64,000 nt of DNA, taken from an uncultured Crocinitomix sp. (GTDB lineage Bacteria; Bacteroidota; Bacteroidia; Flavobacteriales_D; Crocinitomicaceae). The position numbers were made by a program, and so were the translations under genes. Positions within the stretch are counted from its first letter, which is position 1, and every line of letters starts with the position of its first letter. The stretch lies in NCBI GenBank assembly GCA_964415335.1, contig CAYPZN010000006.1, positions 11,657 to 75,656 on the forward strand. The letters run 5' to 3'. The notes beneath the pieces are model-generated. The model ran no database searches. It was not told the origin of the DNA and saw nothing but the letters and a program-made list of their open reading frames with translations. This document shows, piece by piece, positions 1 to 12,590 of the stretch.

Positions 1-489
1 AAAATCAGCTTTTTTATAAGCTAAAATTGCGCGATTAAAGAAAGTGATCGCTTTTTTATGCTCTTCAAAATTTAAGTTGATTATCCCAATCTTATTATAC
101 GCTTGCGTTTTTTCTTGAAGGGATAATCCATCAGGAATAATTAATGCCTTATTAAGATAATCATTGGCCTCTAAGCCGTTCTCCAATTCATAAAATGAAA
201 TTCCTAAATAATATAGGCTTCGAGCTTGTCCAACAGTATTATTAGTTTGAATTGCATTTCTATTTACTTTATTAAAATAGTAGATTGCAGTATCGTAAAT
301 TTGATGATCAAGGAAGCAACGACCCTTTTCTAAGTTAATGTCTGTTAACAACCAACTGGCTTGATTTTTAACAACTCCTTTTTTTATGGAATCAATTGAG
401 CATATAGTTGTTTTTTGCCCGTAAGAATTGACCCCAAACATTATAAAAACCCCTATTAAATATATCGTTTTCAATCTTTTGAATGCCAT
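1..489 (-). CDS. TPR-repeat protein, N-terminal part (gene runs off the left edge of the window)
   Basis: My own minus-strand translation starts at the ATG at 487-489: MAFKRLKTIYLIGVFIMFGVNSYGQ (signal-like). The frame then stays open for 163 codons to position 1, with TPR-like repeats (..AIYYFNKV.., ..ARSLYYLGISFYELENGLEANDYLNKAL..). It is missing from the ORF track because it is truncated. Confidence 0.6.
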   Translation of the reverse strand, partial: MAFKRLKTIYLIGVFIMFGVNSYGQKTTICSIDSIKKGVVKNQASWLLTDINLEKGRCFLDHQIYDTAIYYFNKVNRNAIQTNNTVGQARSLYYLGISFYELENGLEANDYLNKALIIPDGLSLQEKTQAYNKIGIINLNFEEHKKAITFFNRAILAYKKADF

Positions 490-513
490 TTAAATTTGCA
501 ACAAAACACAAAA

Positions 514-545
514 AAACCCTGATTTGAAATAACAAATCAGGGTTT
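514..545 (-). terminator. Stem-loop that is a diverged copy of the icd terminator hairpin
   Basis: AAACCCTGATTT (514-525) pairs perfectly with AAATCAGGGTTT (534-545), and A/T runs flank both sides. It is nearly identical to the hairpin at 6631-6662. Confidence 0.6.
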
Positions 546-566
546 CGATAAAAATTACTAATTATC

Positions 567-764
567 TTAAATAGCGTCTATTATTTCATTTAATGTTTTA
601 CTTGGATGCATTGCTTTTGCAATCAAAATCTCATTTGGATGATAATACCCTCCAACATCTTCAGCAGCTCCTTGAGCTTTGTTTAACTCTTCTATAATAA
701 CTGCTTCCTTTTCATTTAGTTCTTTTGTAACTTTTCCAAATTTTTCTTTTAACTCAGCATCATT
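567..764 (-). pseudogene. Remnant of the 3' end of a monomeric isocitrate dehydrogenase gene (last ~65 codons only)
   Basis: The minus-strand translation [65 protein letters not shown] aligns colinearly with the C-terminus of the full icd at 6684-8912 ([65 protein letters not shown]). Upstream of 764 there is no start codon and no further homology. Confidence 0.8.
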
Positions 765-770
765 ACAAAA

Positions 771-795
771 AAGAGTCAGAATATACCTGACTCTT
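771..795 (-). terminator. Rho-independent terminator of the 820-2562 gene
   Basis: AAGAGTCAG (771-779) pairs with CTGACTCTT (787-795). On the minus-strand RNA the hairpin is followed by UUUUUUGU. It lies 25 nt downstream of the stop codon. Confidence 0.7.
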
Positions 796-819
796 TTAAA
801 TCTACAAGAACTGTTGATT

Positions 820-2562
820 TTAAATTTTTATCACTTTTTTGGTTAATTCAATTTCGCTATCATTTAATTTAAAACTTAAGAAATAGATCCCTTCATTTAA
901 ATTTTCAATGTCAACTTTGAATTGATGGTCACCTCTATCTTCAACAATTAGTGAATAAACAATTTGACCTAATGTATTTTTCATTACAAATTGACCGCTT
1001 AGATTATTCTCTCCTATTAATTCAATATTAAAAGCTGAAATGCTAGGGTTTGGATAAACTTGGAAATCAAAATTGTTCTTTACAATAGCATTGTCGTTTT
1101 CCAATTGATTATTATCATCAATAATATCTTGAGCTCTAATTGATGGGCAGATATTAAACGGAATTGATTCTTGTGATATAAGAGTTTGTTCAAAGTTAGA
1201 ACTCACTGCTTCATTTTGAATGATTGATACATTTACTGGAAATGAACTTAAAAAGCTTGAATTGAACGTCCATGGTTCAAAACAATCTGGTCCTACTGTA
1301 GATACAATATCTAAACCATAATTATCATTAATAGTTCTTGGCCCTAAAAACACAAATCCTCTTCTAGACACATTTTCTGTCAAAATTTCTTGTGTAAAAA
1401 GAAACGGATGCTCTCCAACAAAAGTTGATAAAACATTTCCTCCATGAAAACTAAATTCTGGAGCATCAGTTGTCCAAACACTTCCATCAATCATTCCTCC
1501 ACCATTTGCCTTAAAGCTAACAATCCAAGGTCTTGTATTACCTGAACCCGATATATCGTATGATCTGAAATAACCAGCAGCAGTCAAAACTCCTGCCCCT
1601 GAAAACTCCAATTGAAACCCAGCAGCATTAAATGCAGGTGCATTTTCGATAAGTAAGGCATACTCTAATGCAATTGTCGGATTCACACTTGCGTTATTGA
1701 TCATTGTGATAACGGGGTTATGTTGGATACTATTATTCGACATTAAAAAAATGCGATCAGCATTTTCATTATAAGCCAAGGAAACACCATTTTGTCGTAA
1801 ATTTGTTGATTCAAATGAAACGTCTCCGATTACTGAAAGGTCATAATCTAATGAAACCGCCAAAACTCCTTGAACTCCAAATCTCGACACGCCTTGCACA
1901 AACCTACCTAGTTCTGTAGATACCCCTCCTGTTACAAAATATCCATTATTTGTTTCAACAATATCATTTATAGCATCAAGATTCGAGGATACATCTCCAC
2001 GAAACTCTAAATGTTTTACATAGTTTAAATCATAATCAAATTCAGCTAAAATGCTATAATTATCGGACAAGGGTAATTCTAAATTATCTGCAACGAAACC
2101 ACCAACAATATAATGCTCGGTTCTTTCAGAAAAAATAACGTTTGTACCAACAGAAACAGGAAAATCAGATAGTATTGTATTACCTAATAAATTTCCATTC
2201 ATATCATATTTTGCAATAAATAATTTAGAACTGCCATCAATTGTAATATAACCTGTTAAAATAATATCTTGAGCAAGATCAATCGTTACGTCAAGTCCAC
2301 GATCGTCTGTTGATTCATCAATAAAAACTTCCCATAAAATGTTTCCTTCTAAATCCGTTTTAAATAAATGTATGTCAGTATCATTTTCATTGAAAATTGT
2401 TCCAGCACACACATATTCTTGTCTTTCTTCTAAACTTTCTATTGAATAGTGATTCATATCTCTTCCTTGAACATTCAAAGTTGTTTGAAAAAATTGACTG
2501 AATCCATTAAAAGAACTGAAATACAGTAACGTTAACATTAAGTAGATAATTGATTTTTTCAT
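820..2562 (-). CDS. Secreted repeat (beta-propeller-like) protein with a T9SS type-A C-terminal sorting domain
   Basis: 580-aa ORF. Signal peptide MKKSIIYLMLTLLYFSSFNGFSQ. C-terminal tail FQVYPNPSISAFNIEL...NLNEGIYFLSFKLNDSEIELTKKVIKI. Confidence 0.75.
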   Translation of the reverse strand: MKKSIIYLMLTLLYFSSFNGFSQFFQTTLNVQGRDMNHYSIESLEERQEYVCAGTIFNENDTDIHLFKTDLEGNILWEVFIDESTDDRGLDVTIDLAQDIILTGYITIDGSSKLFIAKYDMNGNLLGNTILSDFPVSVGTNVIFSERTEHYIVGGFVADNLELPLSDNYSILAEFDYDLNYVKHLEFRGDVSSNLDAINDIVETNNGYFVTGGVSTELGRFVQGVSRFGVQGVLAVSLDYDLSVIGDVSFESTNLRQNGVSLAYNENADRIFLMSNNSIQHNPVITMINNASVNPTIALEYALLIENAPAFNAAGFQLEFSGAGVLTAAGYFRSYDISGSGNTRPWIVSFKANGGGMIDGSVWTTDAPEFSFHGGNVLSTFVGEHPFLFTQEILTENVSRRGFVFLGPRTINDNYGLDIVSTVGPDCFEPWTFNSSFLSSFPVNVSIIQNEAVSSNFEQTLISQESIPFNICPSIRAQDIIDDNNQLENDNAIVKNNFDFQVYPNPSISAFNIELIGENNLSGQFVMKNTLGQIVYSLIVEDRGDHQFKVDIENLNEGIYFLSFKLNDSEIELTKKVIKI

Positions 2563-2832
2563 TGGGTAATAAATTTAATTTTGCCTACTCTATTTGATTT
2601 TCAGCTACCTCATTTATCAGCTAAATTAAAGTAAAAAGATAAGTGCTTTTGTGCAAATTCAATTGCGTTAACAGTTTATTCAAATGTGCTCATTTTTGGT
2701 TCAAATACGTTTTTTAAAAAAATCTAATCGACTTAATTTGATTGTTAAACTATAAATTGAATATCTTTGTCGTGGGTTTTCTGAAAAATGTTATTCATTG
2801 ATTTTACTAATTAACCCTACCACTCAGTTTAT

Positions 2833-5805
2833 ATGTTGCTAAAACGATCATTTATATTCTTTTTTTTGTTCTTTTTTTTTGGTTTTGCGTATGCTCAGAA
2901 ACCTATACCCCGAATTCAATTCGCCAAAGAATTAATTGGAAAGACAACGAATTTTAGTGTGATTGATATAGAGACCGACTCAACTGGAGCAGTCTATTTT
3001 GCAGGAAGTGGAGGTCTTGGAAGATCCAATGGTAATAGTCTAAATTTCGATTGGAAAAAAAAGGACCCTGATGGAATTAATGTATATCTCCAGATACACA
3101 AGGATTTTGGGGGTGAATTATGGTTGAGTAGTCCTTTAGGAATTAGTCATTTGAAAGGGGATAGTATTATTGAAATTCCTATTTCAGATAGTCTTGCAAA
3201 ATTAGGATCAAAAGGGTATGAATCCATCTATAGAGATCGTTCTGGAATTTTACATGTTGCCCCGCGAAGTTATGGCCACTACACGATTTCTCCTAATGGT
3301 GAAATCAATAATATAATCGGTCGTGAATCCAAAATCAATGGTTTTATAATTAGTCGCTTATCTGACGGAAAAATTTTTCACCAAAGTATTGCATCTGAAA
3401 CAGAAAATAAAATGAGCATTTATTATTTAGATAATAATGATGAACTTGTTAAAATTACAGATTTTAAGGATAATCGTTTCTTTTATGAATCCTCTATAAT
3501 TGAGCTTGAAGATGGCTCTCTATACTTATCAAAAGGAAGCAATGAAATAATTCATTTTAAAAATGAAAAGCATATCAAGACGTATGAATTTCCGCACAAA
3601 ATCTTAAATCTTTTCTTAGATAAAAATTTCGATTTATGGATTAGCACAACTACTTCAGGCTTTTTTAAAGCAAAAAATACTGAATTAACCGATTTTGAAC
3701 ATTACTGGAGAGGGAATGCTGCAGTTATGACTGAAACACCAGATGGAAACCTTTGGTTAAAGGCTGTTGATGGCAGTTTTGGTTATATCGCAGAGACAAA
3801 AACACCTCATTATTCTTATCAAAATGGTTATCCTGAGCTGGACGACATTGCACTATTGAATAAAAATGGAGGAAAAATTCTTGTTTTAAACACAAATAAC
3901 AGGTTATACGATTTTTCAGAAGATTCATTGATATATATTACTCCACCTGGAATAAGATATACCGAAGGAATGAATCAAGTAGACACTTTGGTAAGATCAT
4001 TTTGCTATGATTCAACTACCTCTAAAATCTGGGTTGCTTACAACCACGAAATTCAAGGTTGGGATGGAAAAAACTGGGTAAAAATTAAATTAGATAAAGA
4101 TGCATTTAAAAGTACTGATATTAAGTATTTAGTTCCGCAAAAAAATGGACGTCTTATTGGCACTACAAAGCGTGAATTGTTTGAGATTATCAACGACAGT
4201 TTAGTTATCATTTCAGAACCTCACTCTGCTCAAAGTGATTTACAGCATTTTGAAACCGATTATTCATCAGGAAAAATTTGGGTATCTGCTTATGATGGAT
4301 TATGGATTCTTGAAAACAAAAAATTTATTCGCCCCTTTGAAAACATGCCTAAAGAACTGACAAAGCATGCTTCTTCTCTATTTTATTATAATGATGCAAT
4401 TTGGTTCCAACCGCTAGTTGGCAGTCTATATAGAATTAAAAATGATACCGCTCAAACTCTTCCTGATCAATTTGGTAACCTCCTAAAGATATTCCACTTT
4501 TCAATCTCACTCGATAATGAACTTTGGGTAACAACAAACAAGGTAGGAAATCTAATCCAAGTGCAAGACAAAGGTGACTATATTCAATGTGACGAATATC
4601 AATTCAGTGATATTCCAAGATTAAATTCACGTCCTAATACTTTTATAGTCAAAAACAAATCTATTTATTGGGGTTCGACACAAGGTCTTTTTGTAGAAAA
4701 AACGGATGAATTAAGAACTATGCGAAAAAATCCTATTGTAAATTTTACCAAAATAAGCATTAACAATAAAGGAGTTACTGTTAAAAACGATTACAAATTA
4801 GCTCACAATGAAAATTACTTTCAGATAGAATATGAAGGTGTTAATTTTAGGAGATTTCCTTTTATTTTCTCCACTAAAATGGAAGGTGTAGATTCTTCAT
4901 GGACAGAAACTATCCATACAAATGTGCAATACACAAATCTAGATCCTGGAAAATATGTCTTCAACGTTAGAACTCAAGTTAAAGGAGATCCTTGGAGCGA
5001 ACCAACTTCGATTTCCTTCACTATAGCAAAACCTTATTGGGAAACATGGTGGTTTATTACGCTCTGTATTCTCACACTAATTTTTCTAGTATACCTTATT
5101 ATTGTGCTTAGAATAGGACAAGTTAGGAATAGAGAAAAAAATAAAGCAGCTATAAAAGTAGAGTTAGCACGTTTGGAATTAAAAGCATTGCGTGCTCAAA
5201 TCAACCCACATTTTATTTTCAATTCGATTACTTCGGTTTTATCGTATTTGTCTAAAAACAACAATGAAAAAGCAGAGGAATATCTTCAACGGTTTGCTCG
5301 ATTGATTCGGCAAGTACTTGAAAATTCTGACAAGCAATATGTATCATTAAAGGAAGAGCTTGAGTTGATGAAAGAATATATCATTCTAGAATCCGAACAT
5401 TATGACGGAGAAAAAATTAAGTTCACTACAAAATTCAACATTGCAGGTATCGAAAAGTTAAAAATCCCGCCAACATTACTTCAGCCTTATATTGAAAATG
5501 CGGTGAGACATGGCTTAAAAACAAAAGATGGAAGTCGGGAAATTATTATTAAAATAGGTGAAACCAATTCAGCCATTGAAGTTATTATTGAAGACAATGG
5601 AATTGGAAGAGCTGCTGCTGCTAAAAGCAATTTAAGATCAAATCATAAATCTATGGGAATATTAATTTCTTCTCAACGCATTGAATTGATGAATAAAAAC
5701 GAAGTTGATGTGCAGATTAATGATTTGACTAATGAAGAAGGAAAAGGCGTGGGAACACAAGTCGTATTTTTTATCCCATATACCTTAGAATCAACTGTTG
5801 CCTAA
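2833..5805 (+). CDS. Sensor histidine kinase of the LytS/YehU type, with a large periplasmic propeller/Y_Y_Y-like sensor region
   Basis: 990-aa ORF. N-terminal hydrophobic segment, a ~700-aa extracytoplasmic region, and a TM segment (WWFITLCILTLIFLVYLIIVL). It then carries the His_kinase (PF06580-type) motif RAQINPHFIFNSITSV and an HATPase block (PYIENAVRHGL...EDNGIG). Confidence 0.85.
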   Translation: MLLKRSFIFFFLFFFFGFAYAQKPIPRIQFAKELIGKTTNFSVIDIETDSTGAVYFAGSGGLGRSNGNSLNFDWKKKDPDGINVYLQIHKDFGGELWLSSPLGISHLKGDSIIEIPISDSLAKLGSKGYESIYRDRSGILHVAPRSYGHYTISPNGEINNIIGRESKINGFIISRLSDGKIFHQSIASETENKMSIYYLDNNDELVKITDFKDNRFFYESSIIELEDGSLYLSKGSNEIIHFKNEKHIKTYEFPHKILNLFLDKNFDLWISTTTSGFFKAKNTELTDFEHYWRGNAAVMTETPDGNLWLKAVDGSFGYIAETKTPHYSYQNGYPELDDIALLNKNGGKILVLNTNNRLYDFSEDSLIYITPPGIRYTEGMNQVDTLVRSFCYDSTTSKIWVAYNHEIQGWDGKNWVKIKLDKDAFKSTDIKYLVPQKNGRLIGTTKRELFEIINDSLVIISEPHSAQSDLQHFETDYSSGKIWVSAYDGLWILENKKFIRPFENMPKELTKHASSLFYYNDAIWFQPLVGSLYRIKNDTAQTLPDQFGNLLKIFHFSISLDNELWVTTNKVGNLIQVQDKGDYIQCDEYQFSDIPRLNSRPNTFIVKNKSIYWGSTQGLFVEKTDELRTMRKNPIVNFTKISINNKGVTVKNDYKLAHNENYFQIEYEGVNFRRFPFIFSTKMEGVDSSWTETIHTNVQYTNLDPGKYVFNVRTQVKGDPWSEPTSISFTIAKPYWETWWFITLCILTLIFLVYLIIVLRIGQVRNREKNKAAIKVELARLELKALRAQINPHFIFNSITSVLSYLSKNNNEKAEEYLQRFARLIRQVLENSDKQYVSLKEELELMKEYIILESEHYDGEKIKFTTKFNIAGIEKLKIPPTLLQPYIENAVRHGLKTKDGSREIIIKIGETNSAIEVIIEDNGIGRAAAAKSNLRSNHKSMGILISSQRIELMNKNEVDVQINDLTNEEGKGVGTQVVFFIPYTLESTVA

Positions 5806-5871
5806 GATTAAATGATTTTGAATTCACCACCTTACTTAAAATACTATATTTTTGTTTAAAAGTGACCCTTT

Positions 5872-6615
5872 ATGACCGCATTAATAATAGACGACGAATC
5901 TATCCACTCTGAATACCTTGAGAATCAACTTAAAAAATATTGTGCTTCTTTGGTAGAAGTAGAAGCTACTTTTCAGTCTCCTATCAAAGCCTATGAGTAT
6001 CTTAAAACAAATGCGGTAGATTTTATTTTTTTGGATGTAGAAATGGATGAAATGAATGCGTTTGAATTCATTGAAATAATTGGTACTGAAAATGTTCCTA
6101 AAATTATATTCACAACAGCATTTAGCACATATGCAGTAGACGCCTTTAAAGTAAATGCGATTGATTATTTACTAAAACCAATCGACAAAAAAGAATTGAT
6201 TACTGCAGTTGAAAAAATGGAAAAAACCTTGATTAGTAACCAAACTGACAAATTAAATCATGTACTACAAACTCCATTGGAAGCTGAAAATGATCGATTA
6301 ATACTTACTGAAACTCAAGGATACACTTTTGTGAAATTGAACAATATTATTCGGATAGAGGGAAATGGAAGTTACTCTGATTTCATTATGTTGGATGGGC
6401 AACGAATTACAACAAGTAAACGATTGAATTTTTATTGGAAAAAATTACAAAACTTAACTTTTATTCGCTCTCATCAATCACATGTTGTCAATATGAAATA
6501 CATTATGAAATATAGTAAAGCAGATGGTGGTGAGTTATGCTTAACAAATAATGAATGTGTTCCAATAAGCACTCGTTTAAAACAATCTACTAAACTAAAA
6601 TTAGGATTGGTTTAG
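5872..6615 (+). CDS. LytTR-family response regulator (REC + LytTR DNA-binding domain)
   Basis: 247-aa ORF. Receiver motifs (IIDDE, DFIFLDVEM, IIFTTA, DYLLKP). The C-terminal LytTR-like part reads FVKLNNIIRIEGNGSYSDFIM...FIRSHQSHVVNMKYI. It lies 66 nt downstream of the kinase. Confidence 0.88.
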   Translation: MTALIIDDESIHSEYLENQLKKYCASLVEVEATFQSPIKAYEYLKTNAVDFIFLDVEMDEMNAFEFIEIIGTENVPKIIFTTAFSTYAVDAFKVNAIDYLLKPIDKKELITAVEKMEKTLISNQTDKLNHVLQTPLEAENDRLILTETQGYTFVKLNNIIRIEGNGSYSDFIMLDGQRITTSKRLNFYWKKLQNLTFIRSHQSHVVNMKYIMKYSKADGGELCLTNNECVPISTRLKQSTKLKLGLV

Positions 6616-6630
6616 TTTTTTCGCATCAAA

Positions 6631-6662
6631 AAACCCTGATTCGTAATAGCAAATCAGGGTTT
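6631..6662. terminator. Bidirectional terminator between the LytTR regulator (+) and icd (-)
   Basis: AAACCCTGATT (6631-6641) pairs with AATCAGGGTTT (6652-6662). An A-run precedes it and a T-run follows, so it can terminate convergent transcription from both sides. Confidence 0.75.
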
Positions 6663-6683
6663 TAATAAAAAATCTAATCTCGA

Positions 6684-8984
<2,301 letters not shown>

Positions 8985-9048
8985 TTATTTTATCAAATTC
9001 TTAGTAAGAATTTGATTTTATTAAAAAACTTCAGGTCAAAAAGCAAGA

Positions 9049-9816
9049 TTAATAATCATTCCTATAATCTTCTTCTTTGAGCTTAGAATCGGGAATAAAA
9101 CGAATTCCAATGCTATTAAATTTTAAATTGGAAAATGGAATTCGCTTATCTGGAATTTCGAATTCGCTTGGTTTTGTAAACAATCCGATTGAAAATAAAT
9201 CAATACTTGCAAAATAAGTCATTGAAAAACCATTGTATTTTTCTGTCAACTGCGGTTGATATTGGATTTTTAACAGTGGATGATTTGTATTAATGATTGA
9301 ACCATCAAATTCAACAGCTTTCGATCTTGTTTTGACCAAAGCATTTAATCCTATTCCGACTGAATTTGTAATTTTTATTTTTTCTGAAGGATTAAAATGA
9401 ACATCAATAAAATGACTGAAGTTTATGCTGTGATATTGTGTTGAAAACTCGAAGCCATTAAAAGCATTTACAATCGAATCTCTGTTATTGGTTGAACTAT
9501 TATTATAGCGTAATTCTGCACTACTTGAAAAATAATTGTAGCCGATTCCTAAGGAATAACCAACAATCCATTTTTTATTGGCTAAAAATCGTCCACCTAA
9601 ACTTCTCAAACCAATTCCATTTGAAACGGCTCCTAAATCATTGTAAACTTCGTAAAAGTCTGTTGTTTCATTTTCATTAGCAACCACTATTTGGTATTGA
9701 AACCTTTCTTGGTTCGATCCTAATATTGCTAAGCTATATTCAAGCCCTGCCACAAATTGTGCTTGCAAAGAATTTGCACATAAAAAAACTATTATTGTAA
9801 TTATCCGAAAACCCAT
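9049..9816 (-). CDS. Hypothetical exported protein, probably an outer-membrane beta-barrel
   Basis: 255-aa ORF. Signal peptide MGFRIITIIVFLCANSLQAQ. The rest has an alternating hydrophobic, aromatic-rich beta-strand pattern. No recognised family. Confidence 0.55.
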   Translation of the reverse strand: MGFRIITIIVFLCANSLQAQFVAGLEYSLAILGSNQERFQYQIVVANENETTDFYEVYNDLGAVSNGIGLRSLGGRFLANKKWIVGYSLGIGYNYFSSSAELRYNNSSTNNRDSIVNAFNGFEFSTQYHSINFSHFIDVHFNPSEKIKITNSVGIGLNALVKTRSKAVEFDGSIINTNHPLLKIQYQPQLTEKYNGFSMTYFASIDLFSIGLFTKPSEFEIPDKRIPFSNLKFNSIGIRFIPDSKLKEEDYRNDY

Positions 9817-9900
9817 GATTTAAGAGATTGCTCTTTAAAATACGAAAAAAACATCTTTCAAATCTATTTCTAAGTTTTAATCTGATGAATTTATATTTCT

Positions 9901-10563
9901 CTAGTCTACCAAAACAGAAGCTATTTTCAAGTCCATTGGTGTTGTAATTTTGATATTTTCATCATTTCCTTCAACAAGCAGAACAGTTACATTATTGGCT
10001 TCAACCACACTCGCGTCGTCTGTATAAGTGTTTTTAAATTCAGTTTCATATGATTTTTTTAGTACAATAGAACTAAAACATTGTGGTGTTTGAACCAGCA
10101 TAAACGTAGACCTATCGATTGCTTTCGATTTTTCTTTATCCAATTTCCGAATGGATTCTTTTAGCGAAACTACCGGAATTGCAGCTCCATTTTCTTTTGC
10201 CTTTAAAAAAGTATTTGCGATTACATTTTTACTCACAAATGGTCTAACTGCATCATGTACTCCAACCCATTCTGTCGAAACTTTTGACAAGCCGTTTTTT
10301 ACTGAATGAAATCGCTCACTCCCTCCCTTAACTAATTGATGCTTGATTTTAAAATCATGTTCTTTACAAAGATTTTTCCAAAACTCGATTTGATCTTCAG
10401 GCAATACAACAATAATGGCTATGGAAGGATTGTATTGATAAAAACATTGAATGGTATGCATTAAAATTGGTTTTCCTTTCAACAGTAAAAACTGTTTTGG
10501 AATTGTTGCACCCATCCTCTTTCCTCTTCCGCCCCCAGTGATAATTATCGATTCGCTACTCAT
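9901..10563 (-). CDS. ispD: 2-C-methyl-D-erythritol 4-phosphate cytidylyltransferase
   Basis: 220-aa ORF. N-terminal IITGGGRGKRMGATIPKQFLLLKGKPIL nucleotide-binding signature, with a later VHDAVRPF block. Length is typical of IspD. Confidence 0.88.
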   Translation of the reverse strand: MSSESIIITGGGRGKRMGATIPKQFLLLKGKPILMHTIQCFYQYNPSIAIIVVLPEDQIEFWKNLCKEHDFKIKHQLVKGGSERFHSVKNGLSKVSTEWVGVHDAVRPFVSKNVIANTFLKAKENGAAIPVVSLKESIRKLDKEKSKAIDRSTFMLVQTPQCFSSIVLKKSYETEFKNTYTDDASVVEANNVTVLLVEGNDENIKITTPMDLKIASVLVD

Positions 10564-10570
10564 ATAAAAT

Positions 10571-10600
10571 AAAAACCGCCTTGGTTAATATCCAAGGCAG
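10571..10600 (-). terminator. Terminator-like hairpin after queA
   Basis: GCCTTGG (10578-10584) pairs with CCAAGGC (10592-10598). On the minus-strand RNA it is followed by UUUUUAUUUU. It starts 26 nt after the queA stop. Confidence 0.55.
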
Positions 10601-10625
10601 TTAAAAATAAGCATTATTTTATTGA

Positions 10626-11681
10626 TTAAATAATCAGCATTGCATCTCCATAAGAGTAAAAGTTATACTTTTCTTTTACTGCTTCATCATAAGCTCTCTT
10701 CACAAAATCAAGATCAGAAAATGCAGCAACCATCATCATTAATGTTGATTGCGGTGTATGAAAATTCGTAATCATACAATTTGCAATCGAAAATTCATAA
10801 GGAGGGAAAATAAATTTATTTGTCCATCCACTAAATGGTTTAAGATATCCATCAGTAGAAACACTTGATTCGATTGCGCGCATACTTGTTGTACCTACCG
10901 CACAGATTCGTTTTTTATTTTTCTTACCATTGTTCACAACATCTGCAATTTCTTGCGTGATTTCAGCTTGTTCTGAATCCATTTTGTGTTTTGTCAAATC
11001 TTCAACATCAACACTTCTGAATGTTCCTAAACCAACGTGTAGTGTTAGTTCTGCAAAATCAACTCCTTTAATTTCAAGACGTTTTAGTAACTCACGACTA
11101 AAGTGTAAACCTGCAGTTGGGGCAGCAACAGCTCCCTCTTTTTTTGCATAAATTGTCTGATAACGCTCTTCATCTTCTGGAACAACATCTCTCAATCCTT
11201 TAATGTAAGGAGGAATCGGTGTTTCTCCAAGTTGAGTTATTTTTTGCTTAAATTCTTCATAAGAACCATCAAATAGAAATCGGATTGTTCTACCTCTAGA
11301 GGTTGTATTATCAATTACTTCAGCCACTAAAGAATCATCCTCAGTAAAATAAAGTTTATTTCCTATTCTGATTTTACGTGCTGGATCTACTAAAACGTCC
11401 CAAAGTAAACTTTCTCTATTAAGTTCTCGCAATAAAAACACTTCAATTCTTGCTCCTGTTTTTTCTTTATTTCCATAAAGTCTTGCAGGAAAAACCTTTG
11501 TATTATTCATTATCAAAACATCCCCTTCATCAAAATAGTCTAAAACATCTTTAAATTGCTTGTGTTCAATCGTTTGTTTTTCACGATCTAAGACCATCAA
11601 TCGCGATTCATCTCTATTTTCATTTGGATGCTGTGCAATTAGATCTTCGGGTAGTTCAAAATTAAATGCTGATAATTTCAT
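10626..11681 (-). CDS. queA: S-adenosylmethionine:tRNA ribosyltransferase-isomerase
   Basis: 351-aa [34 protein letters not shown]..., ...[13 protein letters not shown]..., ...[11 protein letters not shown]...YSYGDAMLI are classic QueA blocks. Confidence 0.93.
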   Translation of the reverse strand: MKLSAFNFELPEDLIAQHPNENRDESRLMVLDREKQTIEHKQFKDVLDYFDEGDVLIMNNTKVFPARLYGNKEKTGARIEVFLLRELNRESLLWDVLVDPARKIRIGNKLYFTEDDSLVAEVIDNTTSRGRTIRFLFDGSYEEFKQKITQLGETPIPPYIKGLRDVVPEDEERYQTIYAKKEGAVAAPTAGLHFSRELLKRLEIKGVDFAELTLHVGLGTFRSVDVEDLTKHKMDSEQAEITQEIADVVNNGKKNKKRICAVGTTSMRAIESSVSTDGYLKPFSGWTNKFIFPPYEFSIANCMITNFHTPQSTLMMMVAAFSDLDFVKRAYDEAVKEKYNFYSYGDAMLII

Positions 11682-12164
11682 TTGCTTTTTAGTTTATTTC
11701 CAACAGTAAAATGTATCCTTACTGAATGGATTTCCAAAATTTATAAGTGGACAAAGGTAATATTTATTAATTTGAAATGAAACCTCAGAGAATTCAAAAT
11801 TAAATTCACAGTGATTTTTAGCAATTTTCTTAATTCAACCAAATGAAAACAAAGGAATTAAATCATTTCTTTTTTCTTTCTTTTTTGCGTACTTAAAAAA
11901 AATGATGAAGCCTATTCCTATCACTATAAAAGGCCACAAATTTGTTAAAATTATAAATTAAGCAATCCGTAACTTATGTTTTAAAACACGATTATATAAT
12001 AAATTCAATTAAAGAACTGAAGACAGACACAATAAATCTATCTAAAAAAAACAGACTCAATACGCGTAAAGCAAACCGGATGATTGCTAAAATTAGAGCC
12101 TATATTTTTGAAATTCATTAAACTCAACCTGTAATTTGTTTTTTAATTTTTCGACTAATCAACT

Positions 12165-12425
12165 ATGAAATACTTTATGGTTCATTTTAATCGTATATCA
12201 ACAACTGAATTAAATCGAGAGAGTTTTAAACAGGAGCAGCTTAGGTTTCGAGACTTAATGCACGAAAAATTATTACTTCAAGTGAATATCAATAAAACAA
12301 TGACACGTCTCTGGCTCATTTTTAATGTTAAAGGCCTTGAGACTATGCATGAAATCATAAAAACACTCCCTGTTTGCTCACAATTAAGTAGTAAAATTCA
12401 TGAGTTACAATGGAATCAGTACTAA
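12165..12425 (+). CDS. Hypothetical small protein
   Basis: 86-aa ORF standing alone in a ~900-bp AT-rich gap. No recognised motif. The codon usage looks coding but the evidence is weak. Confidence 0.35.
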   Translation: MKYFMVHFNRISTTELNRESFKQEQLRFRDLMHEKLLLQVNINKTMTRLWLIFNVKGLETMHEIIKTLPVCSQLSSKIHELQWNQY

Positions 12426-12590
12426 TTCTGATTGATTTTCACTTCCAGTAATAAATTCAACTACCAAGAGTTATCAAAATAAACCGTTTGAAAATAATTT
12501 CAGTTACTTTAACAAAAAAAAGTATTTCATGTAACTTTTTTGAGCGAAATTTGTCTAATTTAAATGGAGATCATCTAATTTGAACCTTTA

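Noticed and set aside
11682-12590. This ~900-bp AT-rich gap might hide an RNA gene, a mobile-element scar or a small membrane ORF (a TTG-start 34-aa peptide, MWPFIVIGIGFIIFFKYAKKKEKRNDLIPLFSFG, on the minus strand around 11850-11950).
   Set aside because: I found no conserved RNA motif, no inverted or direct repeat and no tRNA-like structure by eye. The peptide ORF needs a TTG start and has no supporting signal. The 86-aa ORF at 12165-12425 is the only candidate I listed.
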